NCBI GenBank assembly: GCA_009840385.1
Contig: VXNX01000009.1
Coordinates: 101,585 to 165,584, forward strand
Reading direction: 5' to 3'
Length of the DNA stretch: 64,000 nt
Source of the DNA: Candidatus Dadabacteria bacterium
Lineage (GTDB): Bacteria; Desulfobacterota_D; UBA1144; Nemesobacterales; Nemesobacteraceae
A program made the translations under genes and the position numbers. Shown here one piece after another: positions 32,379 through 42,193 of this stretch (its first letter is position 1; each line of letters starts with the position of its first letter). The notes beneath the pieces were generated by a model. The model had not been told where the DNA came from. It did no database searches and saw nothing but the letters and a program-made list of their open reading frames with translations.

Positions 32379-35007
32379 ATTCGCTTATGGCCTCGTCGAC
32401 GGCTACCTCATCAATCCTGCCTCCCCTCGCAAGCTCATGGAGCGCCGCAATCGCGATGTGACGGTAGTCGACCTCGAAGAAGTCGCGAAGCGCCTCCCGG
32501 GTGTCGCTTCTCCCGAACCCGTCGGTGCCGAGAGAGACAAGGGGCTTGGGGAAATAGGAAGAAATCGAATCGGGAAGGCTCTTAAGATAGTCGGTCGCGG
32601 CAATGAAAACCCCGTCTTCCCCTTCCATGCTCTCTGAAATGTAGCTTTTTCTTCTCTTCTCTCCGGGATTGAGGCGGTTCCATCTTTCCGCCTCCTTCGC
32701 ATCCTGGTAAAGCTCCTTGTAGCTCGTGATGCTCCAGACGTCGGTCGGGACGCCGTAGCCGCTCTCAAGAACCTCTCTCGCCCAAAGAACCTCGTTCATG
32801 ATGGCACCGCTTCCGAAAAGATGGACCTTTTTCCCCGAGTCCTTGAGCGAAGAAGACGCGAACCTGTACATCCCTTTTATTATACCTTCCTCGACCCCCT
32901 CCGGCATGGCGGGCTGCACGTAGCGCTCGTTCATCACCGTTATGTAGTAGAATATCTCCTCCCCGTCCTGGTACATCCTCTTTATCCCGTCGCGCACTAT
33001 CACGGCGATCTCGTAGGAGAAAGCCGGATCGTAGGCCTTTAGGTTCGGATAGGCGTAGGCGAAATGATGGCTGTTTCCGTCCTGGTGCTGAAGACCTTCG
33101 CCAGCAAGGGTGGTACGCCCCGCCGTGCCTCCCACCATGAAACCCCTGCATTTCATGTCGGCGGCGGCCCAGATAAGGTCCCCTATTCTCTGAAAGCCGA
33201 ACATCGAGTAATAGATGAAAAAGGGAATGGTGTTTATGCCGTGTGTCGAGTAGGCCGTGCCGGCCGCTATGAAGGAGGACATGCTGCCCGCCTCTGTTAT
33301 GCCTTCTTCGAGTATCTGCCCGTCCTTTGCCTCCTTGTAGTAAAGAAGGGTATCCGCGTCAACGGGTTCGTAGAGCTGTCCCACGCTTGAATAGATGCCC
33401 ACCTGGCGGAAAAGCGCCTCCATTCCGAAAGTTCTCGCCTCGTCGGGGACTATGGGGACTATCAGATCTCCTATATCCCTGTCCCGCATTAGCCTTGAGA
33501 GCATGTGGACGATCACCATGGTCGTGGCTACTTTCCTCTTGGAATCTGAGGCCTTTTTAAACTCCTCGAACACTCGCTCCGGGATCTTCTCAAGGGGCTT
33601 TGCCCGTACGGTCCGCTTCGGGATGGTTCCGCCGAGGGCCTCTCTTCTTTCGCGGAGATATTTCATCTCCGGGCTGTCGGGAGCGGGCCTGTAGAAGGGA
33701 GCTCTTCTTATTTCCTGGTCCGTAATCGGTATGTAGAACCGGGACCGGAAGCGCTTGAGTTCCTCTTCGTTAAGTTTTTTCTGCTGGTGGGTTATGTTCT
33801 TTCCCTCCCCCGCTTCTCCGAGACCGTAACCCTTTATGGTCTTTGCGAGAATCACCGTGGGAGAACCGGTGTTCTCAACCGCGGCCTTGTAGGCGGCGTA
33901 GACCTTTTCTGAGTCGTGGCCTCCTCTTGCGAGCTTTTCAAGTTCCTCGTCCGTGTGGTTCTCGACCATCTTCAGGATTTCAGGGCGGGTGCCGAAAAAA
34001 TGCTCCCTTATGTATTTCCCGGGAGAAATGGTGTACCTCTGGTAATCCCCGTCAAGGGCCGCTTCCATCCTCTCGACCAGAAAGCCGTCTTTATCCTGCG
34101 CCAGGATCGGATCCCATGTTCCTCCCCATACAACCTTTATCACGTTCCACCCCGCCCCCCTGAAGATCCTCTCAAGCTCCTGTATTATCTTGCCGTTTCC
34201 CCTCACCGGACCGTCAAGGCGCTGGAGGTTGCAGTTGATCACGAATATCAGGTTGTCGAGCTTTTCCCTAGACGCGAGGGTGATGGCCCCCAGGGTCTCG
34301 GGCTCGTCGGTTTCCCCGTCCCCGATAAAGGCCCACACCTTGGCGTCGGTGCAGGGCTTAAGGTCCCTGTCCTCTAGGTACCTGTTGAAACGGGCCTGGT
34401 AAATCGCCATTAGGGGAGAAAGTCCCATCGAGACCGTCGGGAACTCCCAGAAGTCCGGCATGAGCCAGGGGTGTGGATAGGAGGAGAGGCCGTCTCCGCC
34501 GAGCTCCCTCCTGAAATTGCGCATCTGCTCGATAGAGACCGTGCCTTCGAGAAACGCCCTTGCGTATATGCCCGGCGAGGCATGCCCCTGGAAGTAGATC
34601 ATGTCCCCTTCCCGGCCCTCGTCTCCCGCCCTGAAGAAATGGTGGAAACCTATCTCGTAGAGCGTTGCGGCGGATGCGTATGTAGAGATGTGTCCACCGA
34701 TTCCGTCACTGATCCTGTTTGCGCGCACGACCATGGCCATGGCGTTCCACCTTATTATGCTTCTTATGTTGCGCTCTATTTCGTAGTTGCCGGGGTAAGG
34801 CGGCTGGTCCTCAAGGGCGATGGTGTTCACGTAGGGGGTGTTCGCGGCGTAGGGAAGCTCTACGCCTTTTTTCTGGGAGTATATCCGGAGCTTTTTGAGC
34901 AGTTCGGCTGCCCTCTCGCGACCGGAATTCTCGATCACGTATTCAAGCGACTCGATCCATTCCCGGTCTTCAGCTTCTTCTTCCGAAATTTGAGGATCTT
35001 CTTCCAT
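32338..35007 (-). CDS. aceE: pyruvate dehydrogenase E1 component, homodimeric type
   Basis: About 890 aa AceE-type E1 with ThDP-binding motif. Start placed at the internal ATG (MEEDPQISEEEAEDREWIESLEYV), which aligns with canonical AceE N-termini; the listed ORF extends 30 codons further. Confidence 0.9.
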   Translation of the reverse strand: MEEDPQISEEEAEDREWIESLEYVIENSGRERAAELLKKLRIYSQKKGVELPYAANTPYVNTIALEDQPPYPGNYEIERNIRSIIRWNAMAMVVRANRISDGIGGHISTYASAATLYEIGFHHFFRAGDEGREGDMIYFQGHASPGIYARAFLEGTVSIEQMRNFRRELGGDGLSSYPHPWLMPDFWEFPTVSMGLSPLMAIYQARFNRYLEDRDLKPCTDAKVWAFIGDGETDEPETLGAITLASREKLDNLIFVINCNLQRLDGPVRGNGKIIQELERIFRGAGWNVIKVVWGGTWDPILAQDKDGFLVERMEAALDGDYQRYTISPGKYIREHFFGTRPEILKMVENHTDEELEKLARGGHDSEKVYAAYKAAVENTGSPTVILAKTIKGYGLGEAGEGKNITHQQKKLNEEELKRFRSRFYIPITDQEIRRAPFYRPAPDSPEMKYLRERREALGGTIPKRTVRAKPLEKIPERVFEEFKKASDSKRKVATTMVIVHMLSRLMRDRDIGDLIVPIVPDEARTFGMEALFRQVGIYSSVGQLYEPVDADTLLYYKEAKDGQILEEGITEAGSMSSFIAAGTAYSTHGINTIPFFIYYSMFGFQRIGDLIWAAADMKCRGFMVGGTAGRTTLAGEGLQHQDGNSHHFAYAYPNLKAYDPAFSYEIAVIVRDGIKRMYQDGEEIFYYITVMNERYVQPAMPEGVEEGIIKGMYRFASSSLKDSGKKVHLFGSGAIMNEVLWAREVLESGYGVPTDVWSITSYKELYQDAKEAERWNRLNPGEKRRKSYISESMEGEDGVFIAATDYLKSLPDSISSYFPKPLVSLGTDGFGRSDTREALRDFFEVDYRHIAIAALHELARGGRIDEVAVDEAISEFGIDRGKPNPAVT

Positions 35008-35420
35008 TATCCGTGCAAAACGCGGCGGAGCGGGGCCACGGGGGAATTGCAACGCAGAGCAACCGCGTTGTCCTTGCAGTTGAGAATCGGGCCTCAAATG
35101 CTCAAAGCATTACGCCAGACCCAAAGCGGAAACCCGGATTCGAGGAAGCAGTTTAACCGCAAGGGAAAAAATATCACTACTGGCGCAAGACTATTTTAGT
35201 GCCTCTTTTCTCGAGGATTATCTGGAACAACTCTGATGAAAAACACGCCACTGTCCGCTGATCCATATGATGCGGAGGAATTTATTTAGGCCCTTGGAGT
35301 GGTGCCGCGTAAATTTTTAGCCTGATTCCGGTTTATTTTTATCTGTTCAGATAAACCCCCGTGGGATGGAAAAGACAGTTGCCGTAAATCTGGCGGAAGT
35401 CGGATTTGTCTGGAGGTCAG

Positions 35421-37091
35421 TCACTCTTCGGTAGAATCCCATTCACGAGAAGCCCATTCCAAAATCTTACGCTCTCTAAGTCTAATGGCTTTAATTGACC
35501 AGCGTTTATTTGATGCCACTTCAACTGCGATGAGAAGTCCAGTTTCTCTATATTTTTCAAATTTCTTTTTTGAGGGCATGCCGCCCAACCTAGAATTTAG
35601 ACTTGGTGGCAGGAGCAGAAGGTTTCCCAATCTATGTTTAACATGATCGGGTGCGGTATTTTGTGGATAGATATGCTCAATTGATTTAGAGGGGCTTACT
35701 GACCAAATTTTCTCCCACTGTTCATTTTTAAATTTGTTGCCCTTTTGCTTCGTTAGATACTCTTCATATCTGAACATAAAATATCTCAATTCCTCTTGCC
35801 ATCCCTCATAACAGTTTGCGTTTCGCAAGGCTTTTACCGCATCTTCAATTGGGAAATCATTTCCAATTGACCGAATTTCGTTGAATATTTCATCTACAGT
35901 AAGGTTTTCCCGGACTATTTTCCTTGCAAGCCTAGCATACTCACCCACGCGTGTTCGCGCATCGTGGCGAAGCATACCGTAAATTCTAAACGAAACCTTT
36001 TCCCAGATAGACAATAAGCGGGCTTGATCTTTTTTTGTCACTCTTTCGCAGAGGTGTATTGCAACAGCCAGCAAACGTGCCTGTGAAATTCGGGTAACAG
36101 CATTCAGTCGGTGTTTTGATACAACGGCATCACATGCTTTTGTTACTTGTAGAAGCCACCGGGCAACATCCCTTATCTCCCTTGCATCATGTGCTGCTGA
36201 TCGAAATTCGTCCACGGCAGCTTGCTCACTCATTGGACGATTTTGTGGCGTTGACGCACGAAGTGTTGCAGCAAAGCGCAGTGCCTCCGTACTCAGCCCT
36301 TGAGTTAGACCAACTGTGGAGTAAATATCACTCCAAATAATACGTAAATCTTTTATTAATTGTTCGCTATCTGCATCTTCCAGCGTATATGCAGCACCCA
36401 TAAGGATACTCTTGAGACGATCCAGCCAAGACACCTCCATTCCGCGACTGTTGAGTACTTCAAAAACTGTATAAACAGTTTTCTCATCTGATATTTCGTG
36501 CAAAATAAAAGATAGTCGATTTTTGATGTGTCCAACTAAGAGAGTCAATTCATGGCCATTTTCTACCCAATCTTTAACGAACTTTTTACAGTCTGCTATT
36601 GCTGCGAGAAGTTCTCGGTCCGCTAGCGTTTTGCCTTTTTCAGGATCTTCACTTTTACCGTAACGAATGAAATCTGCAAAATGATGGCTTGTATCATGGT
36701 TTGTTTGAAGTAGAAGGAGATTGTCACCACCGACTTTAACCAATAGCTCTTTAAGTTCTCGAGCGGTTAATTCTTCACCGGCATCCTCGCAATTGAGCGC
36801 CAGTCTTATTGCGTTTAATAAAATGATCAAGGTCGTCAGACGTTGTTGACCATCCACTATATCCAGTTTATGGAACTCATGAGTACCAAGTGTTATCTTC
36901 TTCTTCCGAAGACAAACAATAACTGCCATAAAATGGCTCGCATTCTCACCTTGAAGATTATTTATATCTTCAAACAGGTCTTTTCGTTCACGCGAAGTCC
37001 AACTGTATGCACGCTGATAATCTGGGATATTAAATAAACGCCCGTTGAGTAGATTTGCGAAGGTAAGATGCAGAGGTTGAATGTCGATCAT
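35421..37091 (-). CDS. DUF262 (ParB-like) plus DUF1524 (His-Me finger) protein, GmrSD-like type IV restriction endonuclease family
   Basis: N-terminal IPDYQRAYSW and VDGQQRLTTL DUF262 motifs. C-terminal nuclease-like region. 556 aa. Confidence 0.65.
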   Translation of the reverse strand: MIDIQPLHLTFANLLNGRLFNIPDYQRAYSWTSRERKDLFEDINNLQGENASHFMAVIVCLRKKKITLGTHEFHKLDIVDGQQRLTTLIILLNAIRLALNCEDAGEELTARELKELLVKVGGDNLLLLQTNHDTSHHFADFIRYGKSEDPEKGKTLADRELLAAIADCKKFVKDWVENGHELTLLVGHIKNRLSFILHEISDEKTVYTVFEVLNSRGMEVSWLDRLKSILMGAAYTLEDADSEQLIKDLRIIWSDIYSTVGLTQGLSTEALRFAATLRASTPQNRPMSEQAAVDEFRSAAHDAREIRDVARWLLQVTKACDAVVSKHRLNAVTRISQARLLAVAIHLCERVTKKDQARLLSIWEKVSFRIYGMLRHDARTRVGEYARLARKIVRENLTVDEIFNEIRSIGNDFPIEDAVKALRNANCYEGWQEELRYFMFRYEEYLTKQKGNKFKNEQWEKIWSVSPSKSIEHIYPQNTAPDHVKHRLGNLLLLPPSLNSRLGGMPSKKKFEKYRETGLLIAVEVASNKRWSIKAIRLRERKILEWASREWDSTEE

Positions 37092-37162
37092 TGGGAATTC
37101 TTGGAACTGTCTTTTTTGACGTTAAAGTTAGAAAAGTACTGGATTTATATACTCAACTCAAT

Positions 37163-38074
37163 TTAATATGAAAATTCAGAACAGATAGCTTCCCAGATGT
37201 ATTCTGCTGTCTCTTGCGGAGACATGAAATCTACATTATTTGTAAAAGCTAGCATTCCCATGGAATTTAATTTAAGCTCTCCTTCGTGTTCTTCCACAGA
37301 AATTATTTCGTTTGTTGATTTATCTTCACTCACATCTATATGGGTCCCATGTAGCATCCAAATTTCATCTCCCCACATTTGACCGTTTATCCATATTTTC
37401 AGGCTAGTCAATATATTTCCTTCATTGTAAAGAGTGAACAGCACTTTCCTTGTTGTTATCTTTTCGACTTCAAATTCAAAGGTCGGGTATTCATTTTTAG
37501 TTTCACGCACAAATTCACCAATGGCGAAGACTATATGCTCAAAAGATTCCCTAAGAAACTTTTTCTTTTCTTGATCGGAAAACGATCTCCTAAGCTTGGG
37601 TATATAGGACTTTGAGAAATTTGATTTGTTCAGCTTTCGCCCCTCATCTTGTTTCTTTCTTCCGATCTTCTGGAGGAAAAGGTCCACAATCTTTTCAGGT
37701 TCCGTACTTTCTGCAGAAACATATACGATAGTGTTAGGAAGTCCTGGAACATCGCCGGAAAAACCATCAAGACGAACTGGAAGTATATATGCTTCTCCTT
37801 TTTCTTGAATGCTTTTCTCCATAGCGTTTCTAAGCTCCCATACAGTCCACACTTTCTCTAGATAATAATCTGAAAGAATTATTATGCAGTACCGACTATC
37901 AGTGAAATATATTTCTCTCAATTTAACCGATAGATCTTCTCCCCATAGATTAGCGGGATTGAATTCATCATAAAAAACTTCGACTTTTTCCGCTTGTAAT
38001 GCGGTGGCTATAGCTTCAGCGAAATTTCTATTTTCACCCGCAAATGATAAGGCGACATCATATTTATATGTCAT
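37163..38074 (-). CDS. TIR-domain protein (ThsB-like)
   Basis: YDVALSFAGENRNFAEAIATALQAEKVEVFYD...IIILSDYYLEKVWTVWELRN matches the bacterial TIR_2 pattern, including the putative catalytic Glu. About 170 aa C-terminal extension of unknown function. Confidence 0.7.
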   Translation of the reverse strand: MTYKYDVALSFAGENRNFAEAIATALQAEKVEVFYDEFNPANLWGEDLSVKLREIYFTDSRYCIIILSDYYLEKVWTVWELRNAMEKSIQEKGEAYILPVRLDGFSGDVPGLPNTIVYVSAESTEPEKIVDLFLQKIGRKKQDEGRKLNKSNFSKSYIPKLRRSFSDQEKKKFLRESFEHIVFAIGEFVRETKNEYPTFEFEVEKITTRKVLFTLYNEGNILTSLKIWINGQMWGDEIWMLHGTHIDVSEDKSTNEIISVEEHEGELKLNSMGMLAFTNNVDFMSPQETAEYIWEAICSEFSY

Positions 38075-38179
38075 ACATAGTAATCCTTAATCATCTAGAG
38101 TAAGAAGACAAAATATAGGGAACGAAATTGGTAGGGTCGCATTCTTTAGCACATCCATATAATCCTCTTACAAACCTTA

Positions 38180-39031
38180 TTATGTTGTCGATTGTCTCAC
38201 AGCTCCAAGAGTGTGATTGACCGCGAGACGTAGATTGTCTTCTACACGAACTATAGTATCCATGCCATTATCTTCACCCAAACGACGAACAGTAATTGTG
38301 ATGTTAACAGACTCCCCATGAAATTCATCTACAAAAACTTGCTCTCTCCGTAAAAGTTGAGATGAGGTGATTAAGAATGAAATTTCAGGTTCGTCATCTA
38401 AAAAGAGATTCATGGAATTGGATGCAAAAACAAACCGGTCTATATCGGTTGGCAATTCCGAGAAAAGCGTCTGCATGTTTCCAGTTGGCCAATAAATCAC
38501 TTGAATCAGTACTACATACCGAAAACTTTTTCCATGATTGACAAAAGTCCATTCAATTCCCAGTTCATCACCATAACTAGCGACTTCAATGGCCCAATCA
38601 GTGTAAAAATTGGAGATTTCAGCTCTTGCTTGCGCTGGATTCGAGATTCGCGACAAAGACCGTAGCAGAAAGTTGAAACTTCCATCTATATCCTCACGAA
38701 AATCAATACAAGATTTTTCCTTGAGAAGTAAAGGAATTTCACAATCATCAAGTATGATGGGGATTAGTAAAACCGACTTTTCTTCTAATTCTCGTATCAA
38801 TCCGGCACGCAACTCCTTTTTGCACCATTCAGATTCAACAGAGTCCTTAGATAGCAAAACTAGTATCGCGTTCGCATCTCCCAAAGCTTCTTCGATCTTG
38901 GAGATCAAAGAGTCACCCGCATTGAGTTCCCATTTATCGATCCAAACATTCTGCTTTGCTTGAACTAGATTAAGTGCCAAATTCTCAGCGAAATCTCTGT
39001 CGGCCTTGTTGTAACTAATGAATACTGGCAA
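38180..39031 (-). CDS. TIR-domain protein (ThsB-like), second copy
   Basis: MPVFISYNKADRDFAENLALNL...AILVLLSKDSVESEWCKKEL TIR pattern. About 150 aa C-terminal region of unknown function. Confidence 0.7.
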   Translation of the reverse strand: MPVFISYNKADRDFAENLALNLVQAKQNVWIDKWELNAGDSLISKIEEALGDANAILVLLSKDSVESEWCKKELRAGLIRELEEKSVLLIPIILDDCEIPLLLKEKSCIDFREDIDGSFNFLLRSLSRISNPAQARAEISNFYTDWAIEVASYGDELGIEWTFVNHGKSFRYVVLIQVIYWPTGNMQTLFSELPTDIDRFVFASNSMNLFLDDEPEISFLITSSQLLRREQVFVDEFHGESVNITITVRRLGEDNGMDTIVRVEDNLRLAVNHTLGAVRQSTT

Positions 39032-39458
39032 TGTATCTCCTCCAATTTCTAAGTTGGCCCCACACTACTTCACTGAGGGGTAGAAAAATTAGTGTATCTT
39101 TCAAGATACTGTATAATATAAGTATTCTCTATAGTACAATACTACGGTAAGAAGAATTCACCAATGGGTGAAAACATTGAATACTTCTTAAAAAACATCT
39201 CTCGAAGGCCTAGTTGGATAATGGTGGAATTGGTGAACTTACTTGCCATGGGTCAGGTTTACAACGGGCTTCCAGTCGCACAGTAAAAGTAGATTGGAGA
39301 TGGTTAAGAAGAACTTAGGGACCAAAGATCCAAATCTCGGCTTTCTGAATCACCCAGCATATCGGTCCTTACAAAAAACTTCATTGAGATGGTTGAAGTG
39401 AAATTGTCTAATAACTGAATTATAGTCCTATTAACATTCCTCAATTAAAACCACGAAA

Positions 39459-39893
39459 ATGACGCCGGAAGAATATCTCAAGGATCGAGTTGAACAGCAA
39501 ATCAATTGGTACGACTGCAAAAGTACCCTTAACAAAAGATACTTTTACCTTTTACAAATCATTGTTTTGGTAATGTCCGCGGCTGTGCCAGTGGTTTCAA
39601 TACTATCCATAGTTTTTGAAAGCATATGGATACGGCTTGCCATAGGAATATTGGGTGCACTCGCAACTATAGCAACAGGGATTATTTCAATTTGCCAGTT
39701 TCGTAAGAATTGGATTGAATACAGGACAACGGCAGAATCGCTGAAGTGTGAAAAATACATGTTTAGAACTAAAACTGGTTTCTATGCAAAAAGTGGAACT
39801 TTTCCAGTGTTCGTAGAACGAATTGAAGCATTGATCAGCAAAGAGCACAAAAACTGGGAACAACATCTGAGAATCCAGAAACAAGCCGACTAG
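39459..39893 (+). CDS. SLATT-like two-TM protein (DUF4231-like predicted membrane effector)
   Basis: 144 aa. N-terminal WYDCKSTLNKRYFYLLQ followed by two hydrophobic helices and a short C-terminal tail, the SLATT/DUF4231 layout. First gene of the plus-strand operon. Confidence 0.5.
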   Translation: MTPEEYLKDRVEQQINWYDCKSTLNKRYFYLLQIIVLVMSAAVPVVSILSIVFESIWIRLAIGILGALATIATGIISICQFRKNWIEYRTTAESLKCEKYMFRTKTGFYAKSGTFPVFVERIEALISKEHKNWEQHLRIQKQAD

Positions 39894-39928
39894 AAAACAT
39901 TATCTCGCTGGCAAACAAGAGAATAACA

Positions 39929-40900
39929 ATGCCAGAAAATCGAAAAACTGAACTACGCGTTGCAGAAACGGTGCTGCCGTTGCCGTGCTTCTTCCCGTCA
40001 GTTTCAAGTGTAGTAAAAACCGACATGACACCAACTGATCATATAGAGCTTCTCGGTTTTTCCGCACACTCGCTCTTTCTTATTTCGGCATATGATGTTG
40101 CGAACTGCACTTACCAAGACCGAAAGCGCATAAAAACCGCACTTGATAAGAGCAAAAAACACGGGGCAGTAATACTGATGGATAGCGGTAATTACGAGGG
40201 GTTTTGGAAAGTAGACAAAACTTGGAAGGCAGATAATTTCCATGAAGTCGTAAAATCCTGTAAAAATGATCTTTGTTTTTGTTACGACAATCACAATCCC
40301 CCTGATTCCATAGAGACAATTGCGGAGGATGTGATTGCAAGAGTTATTCAAGATCAAAATCACACCAATGGGATCGTGTGTCCGATAATACACGGGGAAA
40401 CCACACTTCTGCCTGGTTCAGCCAAAAGGGTGGCAGAACAACTTTCTCCATTGCTTTTGGCGATTCCTGAACGAGAATTAGGAAAAGGAATAATTGGACG
40501 GATTCGGACTATAAAAAAAATACGAAAATCCCTAAACGATCTGGAAACTTATTGCCCCCTGCATTTGCTAGGTACGGGAGACCCCGTCTCAATCATTGCT
40601 TATTCAATGGTCGGGGCAGACAGTTTTGACGGATTGGAGTGGTGCAAAAGCGTTATAGATCACGAAACAGGTAATCAGCACGATTTTCAACATTGGGACT
40701 TTTTCCGGCATCAAACAAATCGAGAACTGCCGGAGAATTTTCCCCACAAGCAATCAGTCTTGATGCACAACTTGAATTTCTACAGACAGTTCATGAAGGA
40801 ACTACATGACGCTGTAAAGAATGAAGATACAGAAACGTTTCTGCGACGGTATACAACCGAAAACCAGGCTTCTTTATTGGTTGATGCAATCAAACAATAA
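39929..40900 (+). CDS. tRNA-guanine transglycosylase-fold protein, DpdA-like (predicted 7-deazaguanine DNA transglycosylase)
   Basis: ILMDSGNYEGFW (equivalent of the DSGGFQ substrate pocket) and PLHLLGTGDPVSIIAYSMVGADSFDG (equivalent of the LxGxGxP...D.FD segment carrying the catalytic Asp). No CxCxxC zinc site. Confidence 0.65.
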   Translation: MPENRKTELRVAETVLPLPCFFPSVSSVVKTDMTPTDHIELLGFSAHSLFLISAYDVANCTYQDRKRIKTALDKSKKHGAVILMDSGNYEGFWKVDKTWKADNFHEVVKSCKNDLCFCYDNHNPPDSIETIAEDVIARVIQDQNHTNGIVCPIIHGETTLLPGSAKRVAEQLSPLLLAIPERELGKGIIGRIRTIKKIRKSLNDLETYCPLHLLGTGDPVSIIAYSMVGADSFDGLEWCKSVIDHETGNQHDFQHWDFFRHQTNRELPENFPHKQSVLMHNLNFYRQFMKELHDAVKNEDTETFLRRYTTENQASLLVDAIKQ

Positions 40901-41604
40901 TGGGTAAAACGTTCGCAAACCAACTTCCGCTTTCGGTTATTAAAAACGCGATTCTAGATATTTGTATCGTCCTAGAAGAGCAAGAACTAATATTCACCTC
41001 TTCACCAACTTGCAGTGAAGACAATCTTTGGAGAGAACTTGTGTCCTGCATTCTGGGGAGCCGGGTCAGGTTTGAAACCGCTTGTGCTGCGGTAGAGCGG
41101 CTAGACGACATGTGTTTGTTATGCCACTCACGCCGCACATCAAACTTCGACCAATATGAAACTGACATACTGTCAACTCTTTCGGGAAAGTATCCGTTTT
41201 ATAAGCTTCGAGCAAATCAGATACGGCAGGCGGCGGAATCACTTTATGGTTCCGGGGGTTCAATTAAGAGTCTCTTGGATAATACAGTCGATTTCCGTGA
41301 GATGCGGCAATACCTGATATCTGAAATCCCAGGATTGGGACCAAAGCAGTCCAGCTTGTTTCTTCGCAATATAGGATACGCCGACAGCGTTGCTGTTTTG
41401 GATGTTCATGTTCTGACCTATATGAATTGGGTTGGTTTGACAACGGTTCTTGAGAAGTCAATTCCGACTATACGCAAATACGAAACGCTTGAGAACTCTT
41501 TCGTTGAACATTCCCTATCTTTAGGATATTCTCCAGAGCAGTTTGATCTTGCCGTGTGGTTAGTTATGAAGGTAGCAAGGAAGGAATATAAAACATGGGG
41601 ATAG
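40900..41604 (+). CDS. HhH-GPD superfamily DNA glycosylase, Ogg2/AGOG-like
   Basis: ISEIPGLGPKQSSLFLRNIGYADSVAVLDVHVL helix-hairpin-helix Gly/Pro loop plus a downstream Asp, typical of archaeal-type 8-oxoguanine glycosylases. Start overlaps the upstream stop. Confidence 0.55.
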   Translation: MGKTFANQLPLSVIKNAILDICIVLEEQELIFTSSPTCSEDNLWRELVSCILGSRVRFETACAAVERLDDMCLLCHSRRTSNFDQYETDILSTLSGKYPFYKLRANQIRQAAESLYGSGGSIKSLLDNTVDFREMRQYLISEIPGLGPKQSSLFLRNIGYADSVAVLDVHVLTYMNWVGLTTVLEKSIPTIRKYETLENSFVEHSLSLGYSPEQFDLAVWLVMKVARKEYKTWG

Positions 41605-42179
41605 TGACTCTTGTATCCGGAGGTGTCGACTCCATGCTCATGAGCCTTTTTGCTCACGAAGAGGGTGTCGAGTTATTTCCCCTTTTCGTTGATTATGGGC
41701 AGCTTGGAGTATCCAAAGAATGGGAGGCATGCAGGCGACTACACGAACAGTTTGGTCTGCCAGAGGTCACTTATATGGACCTCTCAGGTTTCGGAGAAAT
41801 TATTCCGAGCGGTATTACAGACTCCAGATTGAGAATAAACGAAGATGCTTTCCTACCTGGCCGCAACCTTCTTTTTGTGCTGGCCGGAGCAGCCTATGCC
41901 TTAAAGGTCCAAGCCGATAGCGTGGCAATAGGTCTGCTTTATCAATCGGACCATATTTTCCCAGATCAAGACGAAAAATTCATTGAAAGGTGTGAAGAAG
42001 TGATTGAAACAGCCATGGGAAAACATATTAATGTCATCGCTCCGTTAATAGAGTTTTCAAAAACAGACGTGCTGACTATGGCCCGTGCACGCGGACTAGA
42101 AAACACATATTCCTGTCACGCAGGAGGCGATAGACCCTGCGGGGTATGTATAGCGTGTGTTGAGATTGACAATGCCTAG
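41595..42179 (+). CDS. queC: 7-cyano-7-deazaguanine (preQ0) synthase
   Basis: VTLVSGGVDSM PP-loop and C-terminal zinc ligands CHAGGDRPCGVCIAC, 194 aa. Confidence 0.8.
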   Translation: MGIVTLVSGGVDSMLMSLFAHEEGVELFPLFVDYGQLGVSKEWEACRRLHEQFGLPEVTYMDLSGFGEIIPSGITDSRLRINEDAFLPGRNLLFVLAGAAYALKVQADSVAIGLLYQSDHIFPDQDEKFIERCEEVIETAMGKHINVIAPLIEFSKTDVLTMARARGLENTYSCHAGGDRPCGVCIACVEIDNA

Positions 42180-42193
42180 ACAAAGGAGGAATC

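Noticed and set aside
31733-32637. Plus-strand ORFs of 168 and 223 aa inside aceF/aceE
   Set aside because: Antisense to the lipoyl/linker region of E2. The Pro/Arg/Ser-rich translations are generated by the Ala/Pro-rich linker codons on the other strand. Spurious.
33064-34377. Several 70-150-aa plus-strand ORFs within aceE
   Set aside because: Nested antisense to the conserved E1 gene. No motifs.
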